A stretch of DNA of 64,000 nt from the human T2T-CHM13v2.0 reference genome, Homo sapiens: NCBI RefSeq assembly GCF_009914755.1, contig NC_060934.1. One strand, given 5' to 3'. The notes under the pieces are model-generated. The model was not told where the DNA came from. It was given only the letters and a program-made list of their open reading frames with translations, and searched no databases. Position 1 is the stretch's first letter. Each line of letters opens with the position of its first letter. Below, piece by piece: positions 1 through 14,833 of the stretch. The translations under genes were made by a program, and so were the position numbers.

Positions 1-1610
1 GCAATCATCGAATGGTCTCGAATGGAATCATCTTCAAATGGAAAGGAATGGAATCATCACATAGAATCGAATGGAATTATCATTGAATGGACTCGAATGG
101 AATCAAAATCACACGGAATCAAATGGAATTATCGAATGCAATCGAAGAGAATCATCGAATGGCCACGAATGGAATCATCTAATGGAATGGAATGGAATAA
201 TCCAGGGACCCGAATGCAATCACCATCAAATAGAATCGAATGGAATCATCGAATGGACTCGAATGGAATAATCATTGAACAGAATCGAATGGAACCATCG
301 TCGAATGGAAACGAATGGAATCATCATCGAATGCAAATGAAAGGAGTCATCATCTAATGGAATCGCATGGAATCATCATCAAATGGCATCGAATGGAATC
401 ATCATCGAATGGAATCTAACGGAATCACTGAACGGAATTGAATGGAATCGTCACCGAATGAATTGAATGCAATCATCGAATGGTCTCGAATGGAATCATC
501 TTCAAATGGAATGGAATGGAATCTTCGCATAGAATCGAATGGAATTATCATCGAATGTACTCAAATGGAATCAACATCAAACGGAATCAAACGGAATTAT
601 CGAATGGAATCGAAGACAATCATTGAATGGACTCGAATGGAATCATCTAATGAAATAGAATGGAATAATCCATGGACTCGAATGCAATCATCATCAAATG
701 GAATCGAATGGAATCGTCGAATGGACTCGAATGCAATAAACATTGAACGGAATCGAATGGAATCATCATCGGAGGTAAACGAATGGAATTATCATCGAAA
801 GGAATCGAATGGAATCATCAAATGGAATCAGATGGAATCATCATCAAATGGAATCGAATAGAATTATGGAATGAAATCCAATGTGGTCATCATCGAATGG
901 ACTCGAACGGAATCATCACCCAATGGAAACTAATGGAATCAACATCGAATGGAATCGAATGGAAACGCCATCGAATTGAAACGAATGGAATTATCATGAA
1001 ATTGAAATGGATGGACTCATCATCGAATGGATTCGCATGGAATCATCGAATGAAATTGATTGAAATCATCATCATATGGAATCGAATGGAATCATTGAAT
1101 GGAATCGAATGGAATCATCATCAGATGGAAATGAATGGAATCATCAGAGAATGGAATCGAATGGATTCATTGAATGGAATCTGATGGAATCATCGAATGG
1201 ACTTGAGTGGAATCATTGAATGGACTCGAATGGAATCATTATTCAAAGGAATTGAATGGAATCATCGAATGGTCTCGAATGGAATCATTATCAAATGGAA
1301 TCGAATGGAATCACCGAATAGAATCGAATGGAACAATCATCGAATGGACTCAAATGGAATTATCCTCAAAAGGAATCGAATGGAATTATCGAATGCAATC
1401 GAATAGAATCATCGAATGGACTCGAATGGAATCGTCGAAAGGAATGGAATGGAATAGTCAATGAACTCGAATGGAATCATCATTGAATGGAATCGAATGG
1501 AATCATCGAGTGGAATCGAATGGAATCATGATCAAACGGAATCGAATGTAATCATCATCAAATGGAATCAAAAATAACCTTCATCAATTGGTATTGAATA
1601 GAATTGTCAT

Positions 1611-4600
1611 CAAATGGAATTCAAAGTAATCATCATCAAATGGAATCGAATGGAATCATCATCAAATGGAATCTAATGGTATCATTGAACGGAATTGAAT
1701 GGAATTGGCATTGAATGAATTGAATGCAATCATCGAATGGTCTCTAATGGAATCATCTTCAAATGGAAAGGAATGGAATCATCGCATAGAATCGAATGGA
1801 ATTATCATTGAATGGACTAAAATGGAATCAACATCAAACGGAATCAAACGGAATTATCGAATGGAATCAAAGAGAATCATCGAATGGCCACGAATGGAAT
1901 CATCTAATGGAATGGAATGGAATAATCCATGGACCCGAGTGCAATCATTATCGAATAGAATCGAATGGAATAATCGAATGGACTCGAATGGAATAATCAT
2001 TGAAACGAATCAAATGAAATCATCGTCGAATGGAAACGAATGGAATCATCATCGAATTTAAATGAAAGGAGTCATCATCTAATGGAATCGCATGGAATCA
2101 TCATCAAATGGAATCGAATGGAATCATCATCGAATGGAATCTAATGGAATCATTGAACGGAATTGAATCGAATCATCATTGAATGAATTGAATGCAATCA
2201 TTGAATGGTCTCGAATGGAAACATCTTCAAATGGAATGGAATGGAATCATCGCATAGAATCGAATGGAATTATCATCGAATGGACTCAAATGGAATCAAC
2301 ATCAATTGGAATCAAACGGAATTATCGAATGGAATCGAAGAGAATCATCGAATGACCACGAATGGAATCATCTAATGGAATGGAATGGAATAATCCATGG
2401 ACCCGAATGCAATCGTCATCGAATAGAATCGAATGGAATCATCGAATGGACTCGAATGGAATAATCATTGAACGGAATCGAATGGAATCATCGTCGAATG
2501 GAAATGAAAGGAGTCATCATCTAATGGAATCGCATGGAATCATCATCAAATGGAATCGAATGGAATCATCATCGAATGGAATCTAATGGAATCATTGAAC
2601 GGAATTGAATGGAATCGTCATCGAATGTATTGAATGCAATCATCGAATGGTCTCGAATGGAATCATCTTCAAATGGAATGGAATGGAATCATCGCATAGA
2701 ATCGAATGGAATTATCATCGAATGGACTCAAATGGAATCAACATCAATCGGAATCCAATGGAATTATCGAATGGAATCGAAGAGAATCATCGAATGGACT
2801 CGAATGGAATCATCTAATGAAATAGAATGGAAGAATCCATGGACTCGAATGCAATCATCATCAAATGGAATCGAATGGAATCGTCGAATGGGCTCGAATG
2901 CAATAAACATAGAACGGAATTGAATGGAATCATCATCGGAGGTAAACGAATGCAATTATCATGGAATGGAATCGAATGTTATCATCAAATGGAATCAGAT
3001 CGAATCATCATCAAATGGAATCGAATAGAATTATGGAATGAAATCAAATGTGATCATCATCGAAAGGACTCGAACGGAATCATCATTCAATGGAAACTAA
3101 TGGAATCAACATCGAATGGAATCGAATGGAAACACCATCGAATTGAAACGAATGGAATTATCATGAAATTGAAATGGATGGACTCATCATGGAATGGATT
3201 CGAATGGAATCATCGAATGAAATTCATTGAAATCATCATCAAATGGAATCGAATGGAATCATTGAATGGAATCGAATGGAATCAACATCAGATGGAAATG
3301 AAAGGAATCATCAGAGAATGGAATCGAATGGATTCATTGAATGGAATCAGATGGAATCATCGAATGGACTTGAATGGAATCATTGAAAGGACTCAAATGG
3401 AATCATTATTGAATGGAATTGAATGGAATCATCGAATGGTCTCCAATGGAATCATTATCAATGGAATCGAATGGAATCACCGAATAGAATCGAATTGAAC
3501 AATCATCGAATGGTCTCAAATGGAATTATCCTCAAATGGAATCGAATGGAATTATCGAATGCAATCGAATGGAATTATCGAATGCAATTGAATAGAATCA
3601 ACGAATGGACTCGAATGGAATCATCGAATGGAATGGAATGGAATAGTGAATGAACTTGAATGGAATCATCATTGAATGGAATCGAATGGAATCATCGAGT
3701 GGAATCGAATGGTATCATGATCAAATGGAATCGAATGTAATCATCATCAAATGGAATCAAAAATAACCATCATCAATTGGTATTGTATGGAATTGTCATC
3801 AAATGGAATTCAAAGGAATCATCAAATGGAAAAGAATGGAATCATCATCGAATGGAAGCGAAAGGAGTCATCATCTAATGGAATCGCATGGAATCATCAT
3901 CAAATGGAATCGCACGGAATCATCATCAAATGGAATCTAATGGAATCATCATCGAATGGAATCTAATGGAATCATTGAACAGAATTGAGTGGAATCTTCA
4001 TCGAATGAATTGAATGCAATCATCGAATGGTCTCGAATGGAATCATCTTCAAATGGAAAGGAATGGAATCATCGCATAGAATCGAATGGAATTATCATTG
4101 AATGGACTCGAATGGAATCAACATCAAACGGAATCAAATGGAATTATCGAATGCAATCGAAGAGAATCATCGAATGGCCACGAATGGAATCATCTAATGG
4201 AATGGAATGGAATAATCCAGGGACCCGAATGCAATCACCATCAAATAGAATCGAATGGAATCATCGAATGGACTCGAATGGAATAATCATTGAACGGAAT
4301 CGAATGGAACCATCGTCGAATGGAAACGAATGGAATCATCATCGAATGCAAATGAAAGGAGTCATCATCTAATGGAATCGCATGGAATCATCATCAAATG
4401 GCATCGAATGGAATCATCATCGAATGGAATCTAACGGAATCACTGAACGGAATTGAATGGAATCGTCACCGAATGAATTGAATGCAATCATCGAATCGTC
4501 TCGAATGGAATCATCTTCAAATGGAATGGAATGGAATCTTCGCATAGAATCGAATGGAATTATCATCGAATGTACTCAAATGGAATCAACATCAAACGGA

Positions 4601-7600
4601 ATCAAACGGAATTATCGAATGGAATCGAAGAGAATCATCGAATGAACTCGAATGGAATCATGTAATGAAATAGAATGGAATAATCCATGGACTCGAATGC
4701 AATCATCATCAAATGGAATCGAATGGAATCGTCGAATGGACTCGAATGCAACAAACATTGAACGGAATCGAATGGAATCATCACCGGATGGAAACGAATG
4801 GAATCATCATCGAATGGAATCGAATGGAATCATCAAATGGAATCAGATGGAATCATCATCAAATGGAATCGAATAGAATTATGGAATGAAATCCAATGTG
4901 ATCATCATCGAATTTACTCGAATGGAATCAGCATCCAATGGAAACTAATGGAATCAACATCGAATGGAATCGAATGGAAACAATATCGAATTGAAAAGAA
5001 TGGAATTATCATGAAATTGAAATGGATAGACTCATCATCGAATGGATTCGAATGGAATCATCGAATGAAATTGATTGAAATCTTCATCAAATGGAATCAA
5101 ATGGAATCATTGAATGGAATCGAATGGAATCATCATCAGATGGAAATGAATGGAATCATCACAGAATGGAATCGAATGGATTCATTGAAGGGAATCAGAT
5201 GGAATCATCGAATGGAGTTGAATGGAATCATTGTATGGACTCGAATGGAATCATTATTGAATGGAATTGAACGGAATCATCGAATGGTCCCGAATGGAGA
5301 CATTATCAAATGGAATCGAATGGAATCACCGAATATAATCGAATGGAACAATCATCGAATGGACTCAAATGGAATTATCCTCAAATGGAATCGAATGGAA
5401 TTATCGGATGCAATCGAATGGAATTATCGAATGCAATCGAATAGAATCATCAAATGGACTCGAATGGAATCATCGAATGGAAAGGAATGGAATAGTCAGG
5501 AACTCGAAAGGAGTCACCATTGAATGGAATCGCATGGAATCATCGAGTGGAATCGATTGTAATCATGATCAAATGGAATCGAATGGAATCATCATTGAAT
5601 GGAATACAATGAAATCATCGAGTGGAATCGAATGGAATTATGATCAAATGGAATCGAATGTAATCATCATCAAATGGAATCAAAAATATCCATCATCAAT
5701 TGGTATTGAATGGAATTGTCATCAAATGGAATTCAAAGGAATTATCGTCAAATGGAACCGAATGGAATCCTCATTGAATGGAAATGAAAGGAGTCATCAT
5801 CTAATGGAATCGCATGGAATCATCATCACATGGAATCGAATGGAATCATCATCGAATGGAATCTAATGGAATCATTGAACGGAATTAAATGGAATCGTCA
5901 TCGAATGAATTGAATGCAATCATCGAATGGTGTCGAATGGAATCATCTTCAAATGGAAAGGAATGGAATCATCGCATAGAATCGAATGGAATTGTCATTG
6001 AATGGACTCGAATGGAAACAAATGGAATTCAAAGTAATCATCATCAAATGGAATCGAATGGAATCATCATCAAATGGAATCTAATGGTATCATTGAACGG
6101 AATTGAATGGAATTGGCATTGAATGAATTGAATGCAATCAACGAATGGTCTCTAATGGAATCATCTTCAAATGGAAAGGAATGGAATCATCGCATAGAAT
6201 CGAATGGAATTATCATTGAATGGACTAAAATGGAATCAACATCAATCGGAATCAAACGGAATTATCGAATGGAATCAAAGAGAATCATCGAATGGCCACG
6301 AATGGAATCATCTAATGGAATGGAATGGAATAATCCATGGACCCGAGTGCAATCATTATCGAATAGAATCGAATGGAATAATCGAATGGACTCGAATGGA
6401 ATAATCATTGAAACGAATCAAATGAAATCATCGTCGAATGGAAACGAATGGAATCATCATCGAATTTAAATGAAAGGAGTCATCATCTAATGGAATCGCA
6501 TGGAATCATCATCAAATGGAATCGAATGGAATCATCATCGAATGGAATCTAATGGAATCATTGAACGGAATTGAATGGAATCATCATTGAATGAATTGAA
6601 TGCAATCATTGAATGGTCTCGAATGGAAACATCTTCAAATGGAATGGAATGGAATCATCGCATAGAATCGAATGGAATTATCATCGAATGGACTCAAATG
6701 GAATCAACATCAATTGGAATCAAACGGAATTATCGAATGGAATCGAAGAGAATCATCGAATGACCACGAATGGAATCATCTAATGGAATGGAATGGAATA
6801 ATCCATGGACCCGAATGCAATCGTCATCGAATAGAATCGAATGGAATCATCGAATGGACTCGAATGGAATAATCATTGAACGGAATCGAATGGAATCATC
6901 GTCGAATGGAAATGAAAGGAGTCATCATCTAATGGAATCGCATGGAATCATCATCAAATGGAATCGAATGGAATCATCATCGAATGGAATCTAATGGAAT
7001 CATTGAACGGAATTGAATGGAATCGTCATCGAATGTATTGAATGCAATCATCGAATGGTCTCGAATGGAATCATCTTCAAATGGAATGGAATGGAATCAT
7101 CGCATAGAATCGAATGGAATTATCATCGAATGGACTCAAATGGAATCAACATCAATCGGATTCCAATGGAATTATCGAATGGAATCGAAGAGAATCATCG
7201 AATGGACTCGAATGGAATCATCTAATGAAATAGAATGGAAGAATCCATGGACTCGAACGCAATCATCATCAAATGGAATCGAATGGAATCGTCGAATGGA
7301 CTCGAATGCAATAAACATAGAACGGAATTGAATGGAATCATCATCGGAGGTAAACGAATGCAATTATCATGGAATGGAATCGAATGTTATCATCAAATGG
7401 AATCAGATCGAATCATCATCAAATGGAATCGAATAGAATTATGGAATGAAATCCAATGTGATCATCATCGAAAGGACTCGAACGGAATCATCATTCAATG
7501 GAAACTAATGGAATCGACATCGAATGGAATCGAATGGAAACACCATCGAATTGAAACGAATGGAATTATCATGAAATTGAAATGGATGGACTCATCATGG

Positions 7601-10600
7601 AATGGATTCGAATGGAATCATTGAACGAAATTCATTGAAATCATCATCAAATGGAATCGAATGGAATCATTGAATGGAATCGAATGGAATCAACATCAGA
7701 TGGAAATGAATGGAATCATCAGAGAATGGAATCGAATGGATTCATTGAATGGAATCAGATGGAATCATCGAATGGACTTGAATGGAATCATTGAAAGGAC
7801 TCAAATGGAATCATTATTGAATGGAATTGAATGGAATCATCGAATGGTCTCCAATGGAATCATTATCAATGGAATCGAATGGAATCACCGAATAGAATCG
7901 AATTGAACAATCATCGAATGGTCTCAAATGGAATTATCCTCAAATGGAATCGAATGGAATTATCGAATGCAATCGAATGGAATTATCGAATGCAATTGAA
8001 TAGAATCAACGAATGGACTCGAATGGAATCATCGAATGGAATGGAATGGAATAGTGAATGAACTTGAATGGAATCATCATTGAATGGAATCGAATGGAAT
8101 CATCGAGTGGAATCGAATGGAATCATGATCAAATGGAATCGAATGTAATCATCATCAAATGGAATCAAAAATAACCATCATCAATTGGTATTGTATGGAA
8201 TTGTCATCAAATGGAATTCAAAGGAATCATCAAATGGAAAAGAATGGAATCATCATCGAATGGAAGCGAAAGGAGTCATCATCTAATGGAATCGCATGGA
8301 ATCATCATCAAATGGAATCGCACGGAATCATCATCAAATGGAATCTAATGGAATCATCATCGAATGGAATCTAATGGAATCATTGAACAGAATTGAGTGG
8401 AATCTTCATCGAATAAATTGAATGCAATCATCGAATGGTCTCGAATGGAATCATCTTCAAATGGAAAGGAATGGAATCATCGCATAGAATCGAATGGAAT
8501 TATCATTGAATGGACTCGAATGGAATCAACATCAAACGAATCAAATGGAATTATCGAATGCAATCGAAGAGAATCATCGAATGGCCACGAATGGAATCAT
8601 CTAATGGAATGGAATGGAATAATCCAGGGACCCGAATGCAATCACCATCAAATAGCATCGAATGGAATCATCGAATGGACTCGAATGGAATAATCATTGA
8701 ACGGAATCGAATGGAACCATCGTCGAATGGAAACGAATGGAATCATCATCGAATGCAAATGAAAGGAGTCATCATCTAATGGAATCGCATGGAATCATCA
8801 TCAAATGGCATCGAATGGAATCATCATCGAATGGAATCTAACGGAATCACTGAACGGAATTGAATGGAATCGTCACCGAATGAATTGAATGCAATCATCG
8901 AATCGTCTCGAATGGAATCATCTTCAAATGGAATGGAATGGAATCTTCGCATAGAATCGAATGGAATTATCATCGAATGTACTCAAATGGAATCAACATC
9001 AAACGGAATCAAACGGAATTATCGAATGGAATCGAAGAGAATCATCGAATGGACTCGAATGGAATCATGTAATGAAATAGAATGGAATAATCCATGGACT
9101 CGAATGCAATCATCATCAAATGGAATCGAATGGAATCGTCGAATGGACTCGAATGCAACAAACATTGAACGGAATCGAATGGAATCATCACCGGATGGAA
9201 ACGAATGGAATCATCATCGAATGGAATCGAATGGAATCATCAAATGGAATCAGATGGAATCATCATCAAATGGAATCGAATAGAATTATGGAATGAAATC
9301 CAATGTGATCATCATCGAATTTACTCGAATAGAATCAGCATCCAATGGAAACTAATGGAATCAACATCGAATGGAATCGAATGGAAACAATATCGAATTG
9401 AAAAGAATGGAATTATCATGAAATTGAAATGGATAGACTCATCATCGAATGGATTCGAATGGAATCATCGAATGAAATTGATTGAAATCTTCATCAAATG
9501 GAATCAAATGGAATCATTGAATGGAATCGAATGGAATCATCATCAGATGGAAATGAATGGAATCATCACAGAATGGAATCGAATGGATTCATTGAAGGGA
9601 ATCAGATGGAATCATCGAATGGAGTTGAATGGAATCATTGTATGGACTCGAATGGAATCATTATTGAATGGAATTGAACGGAATCATCGAATGGTCCCGA
9701 ATGGAGACATTATCAAATGGAATCGAATGGAATCACCGAATAGAATCGAATGGAACAATCATCGAATGGACTCAAATGGAATTATCCTCAAATGGAATCG
9801 AATGGAATTATCGGATGCAATCGAATGGAATTATCGAATGCAATCGAATAGAATCATCAAATGGACTCGAATGGAATCATCGAATGGAAAGGAATGGAAT
9901 AGTCAGGAACTCGAATGGAGTCACCATTGAATGGAATCGCATGGAATCATCGAGTGGAATCGATTGTAATCATGATCAAATGGAATCGAATGGAATCATC
10001 ATTGAATGGAATACAATGGAATCATCGAGTGGAATCGAATGGAATTATGATCAAATGGAATCGAATGTAATCATCATCAAATGGAATCAAAAATATCCAT
10101 CATCAATTGGTATTGAATGGAATTGTCATCAAATGGAATTCAAAGGAATTATCATCAAATGGAACCGAATGGAATCCTCATTGAATGGAAATGAAAGGAG
10201 TCATCATCTAATGGAATCGCATGGAATCATCATCACATGGAATCGAATGGAATCATCATCGAATGGAATCTAATGGAATCATTGAACGGAATTGAATGGA
10301 ATCGTCATCGAATGAATTGAATGCAATCATCGAATGGTGTCGAATGGAATCATCTTCAAATGGAAAGGAATGGAATCATCGCATAGAATCGAATGGAATT
10401 GTCATTGAATGGACTCGAATGGAAACAAATGGAATTCAAAGTAATCATCATCAAATGGAATCGAATGGAATCATCATCAAATGGAATCTAATGGTATCAT
10501 TGAACGGAATTGAATGAAATTGGCATTGAATGAATTGAATGCAATCATCGAATGGTCTCTAATGGAATCATCTTCAAATGGAAAGGAATGGAATCATCGC

Positions 10601-13600
10601 ATAGAATCGAATGGAATTATCATTGAATGGACTAAAATGGAATCAACATCAATCGGAATCAAACGGAATTATCGAATGGAATCAAAGAGAATCATCGAAT
10701 GGCCACGAATGGAATCATCTAATGGAATGGAATGGAATAATCCATGGACCCGAGTGCAATCATTATCGAATAGAATCGAATGGAATAATCGAATGGACTC
10801 GAATGGAATAATCATTGAAAGGAATCAAATGAAATCATCGTCGAATGGAAACGAATGGAATCATCATCGAATTTAAATGAAAGGAGTCATCATCTAATGG
10901 AATCGCATGGAATCATCATCAAATGGAATCGAATGGAATCATCATCGAATGGAATCTAATGGAATCATTGAACGGAATTGAATGGAATCATCATTGAATG
11001 AATTGAATGCAATCATTGAATGGTCTCGAATGGAAACATCTTCAAATGGAATGGAATGGAATCATCGCATAGAATCGAATGGAATTATCATTGAATGGAC
11101 TCAAATGGAATCAACATCAAACGGAATCAAACGGAATTATCGAATGGAATCGAAGAGAATCATCGAATGACCACGAATGGAATCATCTAATGGAATGGAA
11201 TGGAATAATCCATGGACCCGAATGCAATCGTCTTCGAATAGAATCGAATGGAATCATCGAATGGACTCGAATGGAATCATCATTGAACGGAATCGAATGG
11301 AATCATCGTCGAATGGAAATGAAAGGAGTCATCATCTAATGGAATCGCATGGAATCATCATCAAATGGAATCGAATGGAATCATCATCGAATGGAATCTA
11401 ATGGAATCATTGAACGGAATTGAATGGAATCGTCATCGAATGTATTGAATGCAATCATCGAATGGTCTCGAATGGAATCATCTTCAAATGGAATGGAATG
11501 GAATCATCGCATAGAATCGAATGGAATTATCATCGAATGGACTCAAATGGAATCAACATCAATCGGAATCCAATGGAATTATCGAATGGAATCGAAGAGA
11601 ATCATCGAATGGACTCGAATGGAATCATCTAATGAAATAGAATGGAAGAATCCATGGACTCGAATGCAATCATCATCAAATGGAATCGAATGGAATCGTC
11701 GAATGGACTCGAATGCAATAAACATAGAACGGAATTGAATGGAATCATCATCGGAGGTAAACGAATGCAATTATCATGGAATGGAATCGAATGTTATCAT
11801 CAAATGGAATCAGATGGAATCATCATCAAATGGAATCGAATAGAATTATGGAATGAAATCCAATGTGATCATCATCGAATGGACTCGAACGGAATCATCA
11901 TTCAATGGAAACTAATGGAATCAACATCGAATGGAATCGAATGGAAACACCATCGAATTGAAACGAATGGAATTATCATGAAATTGAAATGGATGGACTC
12001 ATCATGGAATGGATTCGAATGGAATCATCGAATGAAATTCATTGAAATCATCATCAAATGGAATCGAATGGAATCATTGAATGGAATCGAATGGAATCAA
12101 CATCAGATGGAAATGAATGGAATCATCAGAGAATGGAATCGAATGGATTCATTGAATGGAATCAGATGGAATCATCGAATGGACTTGAATGGAATCATTG
12201 AAAGGACTCAAATGGAATCATTATTGAATGGAATTGAATGGAATCATCGAATGGTCTCCAATGGAATCATTATCAATGGAATCGAATGGAATCACCGAAT
12301 AGAATCGAATTGAACAATCATCGCATGGTCTCAAATGGAATTATCCTCAAATGGAATCGAATGGAATTATCGAATGCAATCGAGTGGAATTATCGAATGC
12401 AATTGAATAGAATCAACGAATGGACTCGAATGGAATCATCGAATGGAATGGAATGGAATAGTGAATGAACTTGAATGGAATCATCATTGAATGGAATCGA
12501 ATGGAATCATCGAGTGGAATCGAATGGTATCATGATCAAATGGAATCGAATGTAATCATCATCAAATGGAATCAAAAATAACCATCATCAATTGGTATTG
12601 TATGGAATTGTCATCAAATGGAATTCAAAGGAATCATCAAATGGAAAAGAATGGAATCATCATCGAATGGAAGCGAAAGGAGTCATCATCTAATGGAATC
12701 GCATGGAATCATCATCAAATGGAATCGCACGGAATCATCATCAAATGGAATCTAATGGAATCATCATCGAATGGAATCTAATGGAATCATTGAACAGAAT
12801 TGAGTGGAATCTTCATCGAATGAATTGAATGCAATCATCGAATGGTCTCGAATGGAATCATCTTCAAATGGAAAGGAATGGAATCATCGCATAGAATCGA
12901 ATGGAATTATCATTGAATGGACTCGAATGGAATCAACATCAAACGGAATCAAATGGAATTATCGAATGCAATCGAAGAGAATCATCGAATGGCCACGAAT
13001 GGAATCATCTAATGGAATGGAATGGAATAATCCAGGGACCCGAATGCAATCACCATCAAATAGAATCGAATGGAATCATCGAATGGACTCGAATGGAATA
13101 ATCATTGAACGGAATCGAATGGAACCATCGTCGAATGGAAACGAATGGAATCATCATCGAATGCAAATGAAAGGAGTCATCATCTAATGGAATCGCATGG
13201 AATCATCATCAAATGGCATCGAATGGAATCATCATCGAATGGAATCTAACGGAATCACTGAACAGAATTGAATGGAATCGTCACCGAATGAATTGAATGC
13301 AATCATCGAATCGTCTCGAATGGAATCATCTTCAAATGGAATGGAATGGAATCTTCGCATAGAATCGAATGGAATTATCATCGAATGTACTCAAATGGAA
13401 TCAACATCAAACGGAATCAAACGGAATTATCGAATGGAATCGAAGAGAATCATCGAATGGACTCGAATGGAATCATGTAATGAAATAGAATGGAATAATC
13501 CATGGACTCGAATGCAATCATCATCAAATGGAATCGAATGGAATCGTCGAATGGACTCGAATGCAACAAACATTGAACGGAATCGAATGGAATCATCACC

Positions 13601-14833
13601 GGATGGAAACGAATGGAATCATCATCGAATGGAATCGAATGGAATCATCAAATGGAATCAGATGGAATCATCATCAAATGGAATCGAATAGAATTATGGA
13701 ATGAAATCCAATGTGATCATCATCGAATTTACTCGAATAGAATCAGCATCCAATGGAAACTAATGGAATCAACATCGAATGGAATCGAATGGAAACAATA
13801 TCGAATTGAAAAGAATGGAATTATCATGAAATTGAAATGGATAGACTCATCATCGAATGGATTCGAATGGAATCATCGAATGAAATTGATTGAAATCTTC
13901 ATCAAATGGAATCAAATGGAATCATTGAATGGCATCGAATGGAATCATCATCAGATGGAAATGAATGGAATCATCACAGAATGGAATCGAATGGATTCAT
14001 TGAAGGGAATCAGATGGAATCATCGAATGGAGTTGAATGGAATCATTGAATGGACTCGAATGGAATCATTATTGAATGGAATTGAATGGAATCATCGAAT
14101 GGTCCCGAATGGAGACATTATGAAATGGAATCGAATGGAATCACCGAATAGAATCGAATGGAACAATCATCGAATGGACTCAAATGGAATTATCCTCAAA
14201 TGGAATCAAATGGAATTATCGAATGCAATCGAATGGAATTATCGAATGCAATCGAATAGAATCATCAAATGGACTCGAATGGAATCATCGAATGGAAAGG
14301 AATGGAATAGTCAAGAACTCGAAAGGAGTCACCATTGAATGGAATCGCATGGAATCATCGAGTGGAATCGATTGTAATCATGATCAAATGTAATCGAATG
14401 GAATCATCATTGAATGGAATACAATGAAATCATCGAGTGGAATCGAATGGAATTATGATCAAATGGAATCGAATGTAATCATCATCAAATGGAATCAAAA
14501 ATATCCATCATCAATTGGTATTGAATGGAATTGTCATCAAATGGAATTCAAAGGAATTATCATCAAATGGAACCGAATGGAATCCTCATTGAATGGAAAT
14601 GAAAGGAGTCATCATCTAATGGAATCGCATGGAAACATCATCACATGGAATCGAATGGAATCATCATCGAATGGAATCTAATGGAATCATTGAACGGAAT
14701 TGAATGGAATCGTCATCGAATGAATTGAATGCAATCATCGAATGGTGTCGAATGGAATCATCTTCAAATGGAAAGCAATGGAATCATCACATAGAATCGA
14801 ATGGAATTGTCATTGAATGGACTCGAATGGAAT
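1611..14833 (+). repeat. Nested tandem triplication of a 4,408/4,407-bp unit (1611-6018, 6019-10425, 10426-14833)
   Basis: Landmarks 1699/6107/10514, 2827/7235/11642 and 4798/9205/13613. The same junction ggactcgaatggaaa|caaatggaattcaaagtaatc occurs at 6019 and 10426. A 1-bp deletion at ~8537 (aaacgaatc vs aaacggaatc) explains the 4,407 spacing. Confidence 0.95.
3989..4924 (+). repeat. Example of the ~468-bp HSat2 sub-module, tandem 2-3x per unit throughout the window (the last copy in each run merges into the core)
   Basis: Module starts 468 bp apart: 3989/4457, 6107/6575, 14704/15172, 16988/17456, 24094/24562, 27640/28108. Shortened forms are 442 (6575/7017), 458 (15172/15630) and 441 (25992/26433). 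Confidence 0.9.

Noticed and set aside
2764-2955. Recurrent minus-strand 63-aa ORF (MHSFTSDDD...)
   Set aside because: Its recurrence simply follows the 4.0-kb, 4.4-kb and 30-kb duplications. It is a translation of CATTC satellite.
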